DNA from: a virus | Taxonomy: Duplodnaviria > Caudoviricetes | DNA length: 64,000 bases | IMG/VR virus record: IMGVR_UViG_3300020577_014401 | Span: 45,993-109,992 of that record | Direction: 5' to 3' (one strand) | Shown: piece by piece, positions 28,072-38,011 of the stretch | Layout: every line of letters starts with the position of its first letter | Numbering within the stretch: the stretch's first letter is position 1 | Translations under genes and position numbers: made by a program | The notes under the pieces: generated by a model | The model's input: the letters and a program-made list of their open reading frames with translations, nothing else | What the model was told of the DNA's origin: nothing | Database searches by the model: none

Positions 28072-29148
28072 ATGCATGTGACGTTGAACCCAGCCCTGTT
28101 CGCAGCCGTGCAGAGAAAAATCGGCCCGGCCAAGATCATTTCGGAGAACGTCGAGCTCGAGGGGTTCTATTACAACGACGTTCGTCACGGAAACAGAAGG
28201 TGCCTGAAGATCAATCGACGGGGAGAAACGATCCTCGTCGATTGTCCGTTTTGCAACGATCGCCGCGCCCGCATGTCGATCAATCATCGGTACGGTGTGA
28301 TCGACGAGGAAACCGGGAGCCGAGGGACGAATCTCTGGAAGTGTTACAACGAAGAGTGTCAGAACAAATCGGACAATCGCGATGCTCTCAGGGACAAGCT
28401 CCTCCCGGAAATCGATCTGCCGATGGGCGGCCCGGTTTTCAGGACGCCCGGTATCAGGCGGGTCGCCCCGACCGGGTTGGAGCCGGTGGAATTCCCGGGC
28501 CTGATCATTCCTCTCAAGGATCTCACGCCCGGCCACCACGCCGCCGCCTACCTGGAGCGGCGGAACTTCGATCTCACTGAGCTCACCGATGTCTGGGGGG
28601 TCGGGTACGCCGAGTCGATGCCGATGCGCCGCGAAGGGGCGATGTCGAGTGACCGGATCATCATCCCCGTCCGGTTTCGGGGTGTGATGATCGGGTGGCA
28701 GTCCAGGTTCATTGGTGACATCGATTGGAAGACCACGGGCATCCCCAAGTACCTGACGTACTTCCCGAAGTCGCAAGCGATCTACGGGTTCGACGAGGCC
28801 AAGTCTTCGGACGTGATCGTCATCGTCGAAGGGGCCAGCGATGTTTGGAGGTACGGCCCGGGTGCTGTCTGCGGATTCGGCAAGAAATTGTCCAACGACC
28901 AAGTCCGGTTGATTGTCGAGTTGACCGAGAATTCTCGAAAACCGATCGTCATGATCCCCGACGCCAACGACAAGGAAGCGTTCGACAACTTCTGCGCCGG
29001 CATGAGCCAGATCCTCGATGCCGGGTTCTCCGGGCACTACGGATTGGTCCCCTTGCCGCGCGGAAAAGACCCGGGTAGCATGACCCGACCTGTGCTCCGT
29101 GCCATGGTCGCCCATGCCGCGAAGTCGGTCCCAAATAAAACTACGTGA
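28072..29148 (+). CDS. dnaG: DNA primase (Zn finger + TOPRIM)
   Basis: CPFC..WKCYNEEC, YLERR, RIIIP, PKY, IVEGASD, PDAND, KDPG. CAGGAG RBS. Confidence 0.88.
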   Translation: MHVTLNPALFAAVQRKIGPAKIISENVELEGFYYNDVRHGNRRCLKINRRGETILVDCPFCNDRRARMSINHRYGVIDEETGSRGTNLWKCYNEECQNKSDNRDALRDKLLPEIDLPMGGPVFRTPGIRRVAPTGLEPVEFPGLIIPLKDLTPGHHAAAYLERRNFDLTELTDVWGVGYAESMPMRREGAMSSDRIIIPVRFRGVMIGWQSRFIGDIDWKTTGIPKYLTYFPKSQAIYGFDEAKSSDVIVIVEGASDVWRYGPGAVCGFGKKLSNDQVRLIVELTENSRKPIVMIPDANDKEAFDNFCAGMSQILDAGFSGHYGLVPLPRGKDPGSMTRPVLRAMVAHAAKSVPNKTT

Positions 29149-29202
29149 TTCTTTTCGGGCCCACGGACGCCCGACCCAAGTCCGGACAAGGAAGACAACC
29201 AG

Positions 29203-32200
29203 ATGCTCAACAGGTCCACGGTGGATCTGGAATCCGCTACTGTGCGGACCAGATACTTCGGAGGGCGGTCGTTGGCGGCCATCGCCGACGAAATGCCCAT
29301 TCTGCCGGTCGACAGCCCCGGACTCCCGATCCCCGGTCCGTCGTTTGTGGCGTTCGCCGAGGTGCTCGGCGACACGGCCAACGCCTCGCCGACCGGGCCC
29401 AAGAAACCGCGTTCGAAGAAGACTGCGTTCGTGCGTCCCAACGGGCCGTATTTGCACGCACTGACGAGGTCGGTCCTTTACCAGTCCGGGCTTTCGCTGC
29501 CCGTCTACAACAGTCCGATTCCTTACGTCTTTCAGCCCGGCATCTTCGCCACCAACGACCCGATGGGGGACTCTTACGGCCCGCAGCCGTGCCGTCTCAT
29601 GGTGGTGGGAAAGTGCCTCGGTCCCGCGGAAGCCTCGGCCGGCAGACCGTTTGTCGGCCCCCGCAGCCAGCCGCTCTGGGACACATGGGATGAGGCCGGG
29701 ATTCCTCACCCTTCGAAGGAACATCCGGTTTATCTCACCAATCTGATCCGGTTCGTTCCTCCGTTCGATCTGGCTCGACTCCCCAAGCAGTGGGTTGAAG
29801 ACGGCGTTCACCTTCTCATGCAGGAAATCGCCATCTGCCGCCCCCAGGTCATGTTGCTGCTCGGTGCTGACGCGTTGAAAGCCGTGTTCGGCCCCAAGGC
29901 CAGGGTCGCCGATTTCCGCGGCCGTGTCGCGGACTTCGAGATCGACTGCCGCCCGGTGGCCGATTCGCCGCCGGACATTCATCGTTGCAAGGTGATCGCC
30001 GCGGAGCATCCGGCCGCCGTTGCCATGGAGCCGGACATCTACCCCAATCTCCTCGCCGCCGTCAAACTCGTCGCCAAGGAGTTGGGGTTCGCCGCTCCCG
30101 ATCAGTCCATACCGCTCGACCATCAAGCGGTGTACACGATTCAGGAGTTGGAAGCGGCGGTCAAGCAGTCGATCGAGGCCAGCCAGGCCGGCGGGTATGT
30201 TTCGTTCGACTGCGAATGGGAAGGCCGCCATCCGACCGACCCCGGTTCTTACGTCTACACGGTGCAGTGGTCGCACCAACCGGGTCATGCTCGGACTGTG
30301 TTCATCCACCGGTGCGGCGGGCTCCCGAACCAGGCTTTGCCGCTCGACAAGGCGGTTCCTCTGCTGAAGAAGCTTTTCGAAGGGGCCCCCGCTCGAGGCG
30401 CTCGTCTGGTCGCCCACTTCGGCAAGGCCGACTTGCCGTGGCTTCTTTCGATCGGTGTCGATCTCTACCCACACTTCGTCGGGCCGGACGACGACCCCCC
30501 TGGAACTCCGGACTGGCTGTCTGGTCCTGAGAAGTCTTATTTCCAGGGCGGGTTCGACACATATGTGGCGGCGCACTCGATCGAGGAGTCGCAAGAGTTG
30601 AAGCTCGAGGTGCTCACGGCGACGTACGCCGGCATTCCCAGGTACGACACCAAGATTCTCGAATGGAGGGACAACTACTGCAAAGAACACAAACTGCGCA
30701 AGTCGCAGCTCAAGGGCTACGGGAACATTCCCGAAGAACTGCTCATCTCGACCCGCTACACGTCGTACGACGCCGATGGCGCCGGCCGGCTCTACCTGAA
30801 GTTCAATGGAGACCCACGCATCGACTCGAGGGGGATGCTGGACTCCGACCGGTTCGCCAGGTCCTGCCGGAAGATCTTCGGCATCCGCATGCGGGCATGG
30901 GGTGCCTGGTGCGAGATGGAGCGGTACGGGATGATGGTGGATCGCGATGCGCAGAGGGACCTGCGGACCCACCTCGATCGCAAGCGTCACGAACTGATGG
31001 ATGAGTTGAGGAAGGCCACCAACTGGCCGGATCTCGATCTCAACAAGAACCGCCACAAGGTGGAACTGCTGTTCGGAGATGACTGGATCGATTGGCCTCG
31101 GCAACGGCCGCAATCGGCTCTCACGCTCGGTCTGACCCCTTACAAGACCACGGATTCCAGTTACGGCGGGGTGCTGTGGGCGGAGGCCATGTCGGCGTAC
31201 GAGTCCGAAGACAACTCCTTGGCGATCAAGCCGAAGCCGGCCGCCGATCGGGAGACGATCACTCACAAGGCTCGTGAGCACGATCTCGTCAAGTTGATGC
31301 GGGACGTTCTCTTCATCAACACGGCCATGAAGATCACGTTTCGTCTTCCCGACCAGGTCGATACCGAGAACGATCACCCCGATGTCGACGGTGAAGGCGG
31401 GGAAATCGCTATTCCTGACGGTAGCGAATCGTTCGAAGCCGGTTTGCTTTCGTTCGTTTGCGGCGACGAGCGGATCCGTTCGGTGTTCGGTTTGGTCGAG
31501 ACCGGTCGTGCGTCCAGCAGCCGGCCGAACATGCAGAACTTCAGCAGCCGCCGGGACGAGCAGTTCAACCGAATCCTCGGGTGGGGCGACTACGCCAAGG
31601 AAGGCGATTCGGTCGCCAAATCGAGGAAGTTCGTGACTCGGTCGGTGCTGACCGCGCAGCCCGGTTGGTTCCTCGTGTTCGCCGACTTGAAGGGTGCGGA
31701 GATTGTCGCCGCGGCCATCTTCAGCGGCGACGCCAATCTGCTGGAGCACGCTCGCCGCAACAATCTGCCCGAGAATCACCCGGACTACCTCGACCTCCAC
31801 AGCGATCTGGCGAACAAGGCGTTCAATCTCAACCTTCCGTTCTCCGAGATCAAGAAGAAGCACAAGCCTCTTCGTGTGGCGGCCAAGGCGACCCGGTTCG
31901 GGAAGTATTACGGGGCCTCGTCGGACACGATTCTGCGGCAGGCTTTGGAAGAGACCCCGGATGTGACGCTGTTGCAGATCGAGAACTTGATGGCCGGGCA
32001 CGACGCGCAGTACCCCGACCTGATCAAGTTTTTTGACACGGCCGAGCAGCGGCCGGCGACTCACGGCTGGGCGTCCAACGGGTTCGGCGGGACGAGACGG
32101 TTTCGTCGCGCCGGCTCGCGGGACCGGTTGGCTGCGCAGGGGCGGGAATCCAAGAACTGGACCTGCCAAGGGTTGGTGGCCGACGCGATGAACGTCGGTC

Positions 32201-32499
32201 TCGGTAACGCCTGGTACGACATGCGACGCCGCAAGATGCGTTCGCGGATCATTTTGTCCGTTCATGACTCGGCGGGGTTCGAATGCCCGCCGGATGAAGT
32301 CGAGACGGTGGTGGATGAGATCCTTCCTCGGGCGTTCAAGGATCTGCTTCCGATCACGCCGACTGATTTGAACGGACGGCCCAACGGCCGCCCCGACTGC
32401 CGCTTCGACATCGATGTCGAAGTGTTCAGGTCGTGGGGGGTCGACATTGATGAGTCCGAGTGGCGGATTTCGAAGAAGGAGGTGGGGGCCAAATCGTAA
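29203..32499 (+). CDS. polA: Family A DNA polymerase with N-terminal uracil-DNA-glycosylase-like domain and 3'-5' exonuclease
   Basis: UDG family-4-like GRPFVGP, EIAICRP..LLG, HPAA; Exo FDCEW, HFGKAD, YTSYDA; Pol TGRASSSRPNMQN, ADLKGAE, RVAAKATRFGKYYG, VHDS. Confidence 0.92.
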   Translation: MLNRSTVDLESATVRTRYFGGRSLAAIADEMPILPVDSPGLPIPGPSFVAFAEVLGDTANASPTGPKKPRSKKTAFVRPNGPYLHALTRSVLYQSGLSLPVYNSPIPYVFQPGIFATNDPMGDSYGPQPCRLMVVGKCLGPAEASAGRPFVGPRSQPLWDTWDEAGIPHPSKEHPVYLTNLIRFVPPFDLARLPKQWVEDGVHLLMQEIAICRPQVMLLLGADALKAVFGPKARVADFRGRVADFEIDCRPVADSPPDIHRCKVIAAEHPAAVAMEPDIYPNLLAAVKLVAKELGFAAPDQSIPLDHQAVYTIQELEAAVKQSIEASQAGGYVSFDCEWEGRHPTDPGSYVYTVQWSHQPGHARTVFIHRCGGLPNQALPLDKAVPLLKKLFEGAPARGARLVAHFGKADLPWLLSIGVDLYPHFVGPDDDPPGTPDWLSGPEKSYFQGGFDTYVAAHSIEESQELKLEVLTATYAGIPRYDTKILEWRDNYCKEHKLRKSQLKGYGNIPEELLISTRYTSYDADGAGRLYLKFNGDPRIDSRGMLDSDRFARSCRKIFGIRMRAWGAWCEMERYGMMVDRDAQRDLRTHLDRKRHELMDELRKATNWPDLDLNKNRHKVELLFGDDWIDWPRQRPQSALTLGLTPYKTTDSSYGGVLWAEAMSAYESEDNSLAIKPKPAADRETITHKAREHDLVKLMRDVLFINTAMKITFRLPDQVDTENDHPDVDGEGGEIAIPDGSESFEAGLLSFVCGDERIRSVFGLVETGRASSSRPNMQNFSSRRDEQFNRILGWGDYAKEGDSVAKSRKFVTRSVLTAQPGWFLVFADLKGAEIVAAAIFSGDANLLEHARRNNLPENHPDYLDLHSDLANKAFNLNLPFSEIKKKHKPLRVAAKATRFGKYYGASSDTILRQALEETPDVTLLQIENLMAGHDAQYPDLIKFFDTAEQRPATHGWASNGFGGTRRFRRAGSRDRLAAQGRESKNWTCQGLVADAMNVGLGNAWYDMRRRKMRSRIILSVHDSAGFECPPDEVETVVDEILPRAFKDLLPITPTDLNGRPNGRPDCRFDIDVEVFRSWGVDIDESEWRISKKEVGAKS

Positions 32500-32606
32500 A
32501 CGATTCGTTTCGACGCCCACGACAAACCAAACTCCTGAATCGACTTCACGCAAGAAACGAAATCCAACTTTTCCACCAACAATCACGAGAAAGAACAAGG
32601 ATCCCG

Positions 32607-34025
32607 ATGAGTCTCTTTGGCAAGAAGAAGTTCGACCCGAACACCGATCTGGCCCCCAACTCCGATCGCGGGTTCGACCACCTGTCTTACGTCGTCCAGC
32701 CCGGACAGGCGATTCCTCGCGAGCCCAAGATGAAGGGCTCCGGGGGGACCGTCGTCGTGCTGCCGTACCCCCAGTTCGACGTCCCGGACTACAAGGAGAA
32801 GCTCCTTGTCCACCCGGATCGGCCTGAGCAATCCGAGACGGAGTTCGGCGATCAGCGCTGGATGTTCGTCTGCGATGGTGTGCGCAAGTTCGGCAAGAAC
32901 TCGGTGACGCTGCTCTTCGACAATCCGGATGATTCCGGATTCGATGTCCGCGAGCACCATCCGGTCGGGTTGATCGTGCAGGCCGCCTGGGCGGCTTTCA
33001 AGGGCGGCATGGTGTCGACGCCGCTCGGCACCAGCGACTCGGACGGCTGGTACGAACTGCTCAAGGGCAACGACAAGAAGCAGAACTGCTACGCGTGTCT
33101 CCCCGGTCCGGATCGCTTGGCGATCATGAACGTCCTGCTGTACTCGCTGGGTGCCCAAACTTACCCGGTGGACTCCCCGCTCGGATCCGCCAAGAACGAG
33201 CCGCAGGTCCTCTGGGTGATGTCTCGTGCGACCGCTGGTGAGTTCCTCAAGGTGCTCCGCGACAAGGACGGCAATCCGTTGCCGATCTGCGGTTCCCGGG
33301 TGTTCCACTTCTACGACAAGAAGAACCCGGCGAGCTGCCAGGCGCTCACCAACTCCACCGTCGCCGGACAAGGGTCGTTCGAGTTCGGCGATCGCCGACG
33401 TGCTTCTCCGCTCGGGCCGGGCGGGCAGAGTCAGCAGCAACTGGCCGGTTTCACGGTTCTGGCGACCGACTCGCTGAGCGGCTCGCCGGGTGACAACCTC
33501 AAGCCGGCGATGTTCCAGCAGTCGCTGGTCAAGTACGCGTGCGAGAAGCTGCTGCCCTGGGAACGCGTTCTTCGCGGGCATACGCCCGACCAGTGCGCCC
33601 AGATCATCGCCACCAAGTGCGGGCTTCCCGACTCTCTGCTGTACCACGCGTGGCAGGGCCACAAGAAGTGGTACTCGGAGCAGATCAAGTACAAGCTCAG
33701 CAACCCGGTGACGTTGAACATGGGTACGGGTCCGGCCCATCACCAGCCGATGCAGCAGACGGCGGCTGCCACGCACGCCGGGGCGCCGGCGCAGCCCACC
33801 GGCAACCTCGACATGTTCGCCGGGTTCGGCGGCGACGCGGCGACTCCGCCGCAGACGGCTCCCCGTTCCGGTGATTTCCCGATGGGGTCGGCCCCGTGGG
33901 ACGGGCCGGTCGGTGACGCTGAGCCGCCCGATGCGGCGGAGTTGGACGGTGTCGATCGGGCGAAGGTCGAGCAGGCCTCGGACATGTTCCGGCAGGCGAT
34001 GAACCGTCGGAAGCAAGGCGGCTGA
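32607..34025 (+). CDS. Hypothetical protein, possible single-stranded DNA-binding protein
   Basis: Lies between Pol and RecA; low-complexity/acidic C-terminus; G-poor leader upstream. No diagnostic motif recognised. Confidence 0.45.
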   Translation: MSLFGKKKFDPNTDLAPNSDRGFDHLSYVVQPGQAIPREPKMKGSGGTVVVLPYPQFDVPDYKEKLLVHPDRPEQSETEFGDQRWMFVCDGVRKFGKNSVTLLFDNPDDSGFDVREHHPVGLIVQAAWAAFKGGMVSTPLGTSDSDGWYELLKGNDKKQNCYACLPGPDRLAIMNVLLYSLGAQTYPVDSPLGSAKNEPQVLWVMSRATAGEFLKVLRDKDGNPLPICGSRVFHFYDKKNPASCQALTNSTVAGQGSFEFGDRRRASPLGPGGQSQQQLAGFTVLATDSLSGSPGDNLKPAMFQQSLVKYACEKLLPWERVLRGHTPDQCAQIIATKCGLPDSLLYHAWQGHKKWYSEQIKYKLSNPVTLNMGTGPAHHQPMQQTAAATHAGAPAQPTGNLDMFAGFGGDAATPPQTAPRSGDFPMGSAPWDGPVGDAEPPDAAELDGVDRAKVEQASDMFRQAMNRRKQGG

Positions 34026-34041
34026 TTCGACGGTTGTTCGT

Positions 34042-34071
34042 GGCGGGCGGCGATTTGCCGCCCGCCTTTTT
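34042..34071 (+). terminator. Rho-independent terminator
   Basis: GGCGGGCGGC-GATTT-GCCGCCCGCC-TTTTT. Confidence 0.8.
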
Positions 34072-34092
34072 CACACCTCCGGAGTTTGAACC

Positions 34093-35391
34093 GTGGCCAA
34101 GTCCAAGAAGAAGAAGGAAGAGATCGACAAGGACGCCGCTCGCATCCTCATGCAGGCCATGTGGGACGGCCAGATGAGCGGCATGAACCCGGCTGAGTCG
34201 GCCGCGGCGAACGTCGGCCTCCGCCTGCCGCACTTGTGTCTCCGATTCCTGTTCCAATCGACGATCCTGCCGTTCCAGAGGACGTTCCTCATCCTCGGTC
34301 CGACCGGGAGCAACAAGTCCTCGCTTCTGTACTACTTCTACTCCTTGTTTCTCGACAACGGCGGCCGGTACGCACACATGGAAGTCGAGGACAAGGACAC
34401 CCCGCTCCTCCGGTTGTCGCTCACGAAGTTCAACCGCCAGTGCGGCCGTGTCATTCCGTGCGAATCGATGAACCACTTCCAGAGGGAAGTGAAGAAGTCG
34501 GTCGAGCTGGTCATGGAGATGTGCAACAAGTCGAAGCTGGGCAAGACCGTCCCGTTCGTCGTCGGCATCGACAGCTTGACCGCCAAGATGACCGAGGAGG
34601 CCTACGCGACCGTCGACAAGAACTCCGGCGAGACGAAGCGGCGATTCGCCGGCGAAGCGCTCAGCTTGTCGGACTGGTTCAAGGTCGAGCCGAAATACCT
34701 GGTGGGTTGGCCCTTCAACCTCATCGGAATCCGTCACGAGAAGCCGGGCACTGACAAGTACGGCAATCCGATCCACCAAGGGCCCGGCGGCGCGGCTCCG
34801 AAGTTCATGGCCACTTACGAGTTTCTGACCAGCCGGATCAAGAAACTGAAGCAGACCGCCCAGGGTTGGGAGGGGAACCGGATCGGCATCTCGACCACCA
34901 AGTCTTCGCTCGGGTCCGACCAGCGGAGAATCGAGGCCGAGATCGCATGGCGGCCGTCGGTCTGGACCAACTCCAAGGGCGAGGTGGTTCCGTCCCAGGA
35001 AACGGTCTGGAGCTGGGGCAAGGCCACGATCGATCTGCTCGATCGTCTGCAGAACGACACCGGGCCGTTCGCCACCGCGGTGGACGAACTCATCGGCCTG
35101 ACCAAGCCGTCCGCCGGTCGGTACGGGTCCCACACCATGGGTATCCGGGGCGATCAGTGCTTGTCCGCTTCGGAGATGGCGGCTGTGATCGAAGGCAACG
35201 CCGATCTGCTCAAGGAACTGGAGCCCAGGCTCGGGATCGGCCGCGGTGTCGTTTTCGACCCGAGCGGGTGTTTCGACACTCAGATCCGCGAGGCGATCGA
35301 GTCGGTCAATGACCTGGTGCCTCAGCCTTACGCCGGTGACACTCCCCCGGAGATGCAACCTCAAGAAGACACGAACGAAGAAAGCGAGTGA
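34093..35391 (+). CDS. RecA/UvsX-like recombinase
   Basis: GPTGSNKSS, EVEDK, GIDSL, GPGGAAPKFMAT. Confidence 0.75.
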   Translation: MAKSKKKKEEIDKDAARILMQAMWDGQMSGMNPAESAAANVGLRLPHLCLRFLFQSTILPFQRTFLILGPTGSNKSSLLYYFYSLFLDNGGRYAHMEVEDKDTPLLRLSLTKFNRQCGRVIPCESMNHFQREVKKSVELVMEMCNKSKLGKTVPFVVGIDSLTAKMTEEAYATVDKNSGETKRRFAGEALSLSDWFKVEPKYLVGWPFNLIGIRHEKPGTDKYGNPIHQGPGGAAPKFMATYEFLTSRIKKLKQTAQGWEGNRIGISTTKSSLGSDQRRIEAEIAWRPSVWTNSKGEVVPSQETVWSWGKATIDLLDRLQNDTGPFATAVDELIGLTKPSAGRYGSHTMGIRGDQCLSASEMAAVIEGNADLLKELEPRLGIGRGVVFDPSGCFDTQIREAIESVNDLVPQPYAGDTPPEMQPQEDTNEESE

Positions 35392-35394
35392 CAG

Positions 35395-35874
35395 ATGTCG
35401 AAAGGCAAGACTGTCGAGGAGATCGAAGACGCCGCCGTTCGCACGGTTCTCCGGATGACGAAGATCGGGGCGGCGGCGGTTCTTCGGCGCGCCGGACTGC
35501 TGCCGTCCGGTCGGGCCACGTTTTCCATGCTCCGGGAGTTTCACGATTTTCCGGCTTCGGTGATCGCGACGAATGTCTCGGTCGAGCCGTTGCAGAAGTT
35601 GCTGACGAATCCGGAAAACTGCAAGATCGTCAAAGCCATGGACATGGCCAAGGTCGAGAACCCGGGTGGGAAATGGGTGCTGGTGGCCCACGGTCTGGAC
35701 TGCGGCTACGTGATCCTGACCGCGAACCGAGGCGAGCCGCCGCACTATCCCCACCTGTCGTGGCCGCATCGACCGCTTTACATGGCGTCGTTGAAGGAAT
35801 GGATCAAGTCGCTCAACTGGGCGCCGGCTTCCGGCTGGTCGGGCGATGACGATTCTCGTATCGGTGACGAGTGA
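35395..35874 (+). CDS. Hypothetical protein
   Basis: Adjacent in operon. Confidence 0.6.
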   Translation: MSKGKTVEEIEDAAVRTVLRMTKIGAAAVLRRAGLLPSGRATFSMLREFHDFPASVIATNVSVEPLQKLLTNPENCKIVKAMDMAKVENPGGKWVLVAHGLDCGYVILTANRGEPPHYPHLSWPHRPLYMASLKEWIKSLNWAPASGWSGDDDSRIGDE

Positions 35875-35907
35875 CGGGTTTCATATCCACCACCAAGGCG
35901 AGGCACC

Positions 35908-36735
35908 ATGGTTGCGGCTCCCGCAGCTCCCAAGAAGGGCAAGAAAGGCAAGAACGCGAAGAAGGCGGTTCTCCAGAAGAAGTTGCGCAACGCCCTCGGC
36001 GAAATGCCCGAGGCCCTGCGCAGTGAGATCACGGATGTTCTCGACGATGTCGCCGAACTCGATTCGTCGGATATCCAGAAGCGGTACGACATCGGTGTTA
36101 GGCTCAACAGCCTGATCAACGACGACTCCGGCAAGTACGGCGTCGACGCGAAGCGAGCGATCACCAACGTGCTGCGGCTGTCCAAGGACAGTATCGCCGG
36201 CATGGCGAAGGTCGCTTCCAGTTTCGAGCAATCGGACCTCGACGGTCTGACGGCGATGAGCAACCCGGTGACCAACGAGCGGCTTCGCTGGCACCACATC
36301 GTGTTTCTGGCTCGCGTTCCGGACAAGTCGAAGGCTTTCACGTTCGCTCAACGGGCGATCGACGAGGGTTGGACGACCAAGGATCTCGGGCGGGCGATCA
36401 TCCGCAGCAGCGGCGGGGCCAAGTCGGCCGGCGGTCGCAAGCCGAAGCGGCACGAGACCCTGGAGCACAACCTGTCGGAGATGATCCAGAAGTGCCGGGC
36501 GCTGTCCAATTCCATCGAACTGGTGTGGGCCGGCCCCGACGGTGTTTCCAGCCAGTTCGACAAGGAGATCGTGTCGGTCGACGGCACCCCGCCCGTTTCG
36601 ATGCTTCGCCAGCTTTCCGAAGCCGTCGACGAGGGTACCCGGCTCGGCATGCAGACGGCGGCTCTGAACCAGGTCCTGATCGGCCTCAAGACGAGGGCTG
36701 AGGCGATCCGGTCGAGCAAGCAGGTGAAGGCCTGA
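35908..36735 (+). CDS. Putative DNA-binding protein (Lys-rich N-terminus, DUF1016_N/YhcG-like helical motif)
   Basis: PKKGKKGKNAKK; LRWHHIVFLARV..RAIDEGWTTKDL. Confidence 0.55.
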   Translation: MVAAPAAPKKGKKGKNAKKAVLQKKLRNALGEMPEALRSEITDVLDDVAELDSSDIQKRYDIGVRLNSLINDDSGKYGVDAKRAITNVLRLSKDSIAGMAKVASSFEQSDLDGLTAMSNPVTNERLRWHHIVFLARVPDKSKAFTFAQRAIDEGWTTKDLGRAIIRSSGGAKSAGGRKPKRHETLEHNLSEMIQKCRALSNSIELVWAGPDGVSSQFDKEIVSVDGTPPVSMLRQLSEAVDEGTRLGMQTAALNQVLIGLKTRAEAIRSSKQVKA

Positions 36736-36737
36736 TA

Positions 36738-37607
36738 ATGGCCGGGCACCCGCTTGCGATCGATGTCAAGCGCCGCGACAAGATCCTCGCGGCGCTTCGT
36801 CCGTTCGGCCGAATTCCACTCGACGGGTTGTCGGTCGGCCGGGCGGTCGAGGATCTTCTCAAGGTCCTCCCGAAAGGTGTTCCTTACTCCGCTGTGTTTC
36901 GTTCGATCAATTCCCTGATCGGGTCCGTCGCCGATCCGCAAGTGCTCAAAGACGTAGCCTGGTCGATGGCGGTCAACGTCAAGCAACTGAAGAAGAACGA
37001 AGTGGTCTGGCCGCCGGCGATACCGACTCACCCGACCACGGTTTCCCTCCAAGTTCTGGCGGCCAAGCGGTTGCCGATGCGGGTGAAGGCTCAAGGACAG
37101 GGGTTCCCGATCAAGTATCGAATGAAGATCGTTTCGGGACCCGGTTCCCCTCTGACCGTCGACACCAGGTTTTCCAGCCGCTTTGTCAGTTATCTCGCCT
37201 GCCGTCCGCAGGGGTTCGGGTTCTCCAGGCCGCCTCGGGGCAACCGACCTGCCACCGGCCGGCCGTACCAGCACTATTCCACTTTGGTCGGGATGCTTCT
37301 CAAGGCGGACATTTCGGTCGATTCTGAAGGCAAGACCAAGATCGAGAACTTCCGCTGCACGCCGTCCTTCATCGAGTACAATCGCGCCTTGATCGAGATG
37401 CGGTGGAGGTCGACGTTCGACTGCCCGTTCGGGTTCGCTCACCCGTGCCACCAATGCTCGAAAGGGCAGGAGTCCTGCAAGGTCGCGACACATCCCAAGG
37501 ACCACAAAATCAAGATGTGCCCGCAGTGCATGGAGAACGAGGAATTCGACGCGTACTGGGTCGAGCCGGTGTGCATGAAGTGCAGTCTGAAACCGAGAAA
37601 GGAATGA
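36738..37607 (+). CDS. Hypothetical basic protein with C-terminal Zn ribbons
   Basis: CPF..CHQC..C, CPQC, CMKC. Confidence 0.65.
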   Translation: MAGHPLAIDVKRRDKILAALRPFGRIPLDGLSVGRAVEDLLKVLPKGVPYSAVFRSINSLIGSVADPQVLKDVAWSMAVNVKQLKKNEVVWPPAIPTHPTTVSLQVLAAKRLPMRVKAQGQGFPIKYRMKIVSGPGSPLTVDTRFSSRFVSYLACRPQGFGFSRPPRGNRPATGRPYQHYSTLVGMLLKADISVDSEGKTKIENFRCTPSFIEYNRALIEMRWRSTFDCPFGFAHPCHQCSKGQESCKVATHPKDHKIKMCPQCMENEEFDAYWVEPVCMKCSLKPRKE

Positions 37608-38011
37608 TGATGGCCAATTTGCCCGGTCAGAAACGGGGCGAGCTCTCGAAGGACGAGATGCGGTCGATGGTCGTCCACCGCGGTTGGGTCGACGGTCGGG
37701 AAGGATTTGTCTTCTGCCGGCTGGACGCTGTGATTTGCGCGGACAGGCTCCTGAGGGCCGAGTTGACCTGGAACGACGATGGTGAGTCGAAAGAAGACAA
37801 TATGCCGACCAGCTATTTCGATCCGATGCTGACGATTGAAAGCAATCGTCTCGACCGAAACGACTGGTCCCGGTGGGTCACGCACGACGCGATCCATATC
37901 GACATTTCCGGCGATCTCGCTGCTGAACTGGCCTCCAAACCCCCGACCGACGTGCTCGGCCAGTTCGCCGCGGAAGTCGCCGGTCTCAGACTCTGGAAAG
38001 GGAGCCGATGA
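37604..38011 (+). CDS. Hypothetical protein
   Basis: ATGA coupling; AAAGGA RBS. Confidence 0.6.
   Translation: MMMANLPGQKRGELSKDEMRSMVVHRGWVDGREGFVFCRLDAVICADRLLRAELTWNDDGESKEDNMPTSYFDPMLTIESNRLDRNDWSRWVTHDAIHIDISGDLAAELASKPPTDVLGQFAAEVAGLRLWKGSR

Noticed and set aside
27967-32598. 1543-aa minus-strand ORF and other long antisense ORFs (e.g. 26085..28139, 33697..35769, 23121..24929, and 15871..17586 + opposite terL)
   Set aside because: Shadow frames of well-supported genes in GC-rich DNA, with no motifs. Only the last 83 codons of 15871..17586 look like a real gene.
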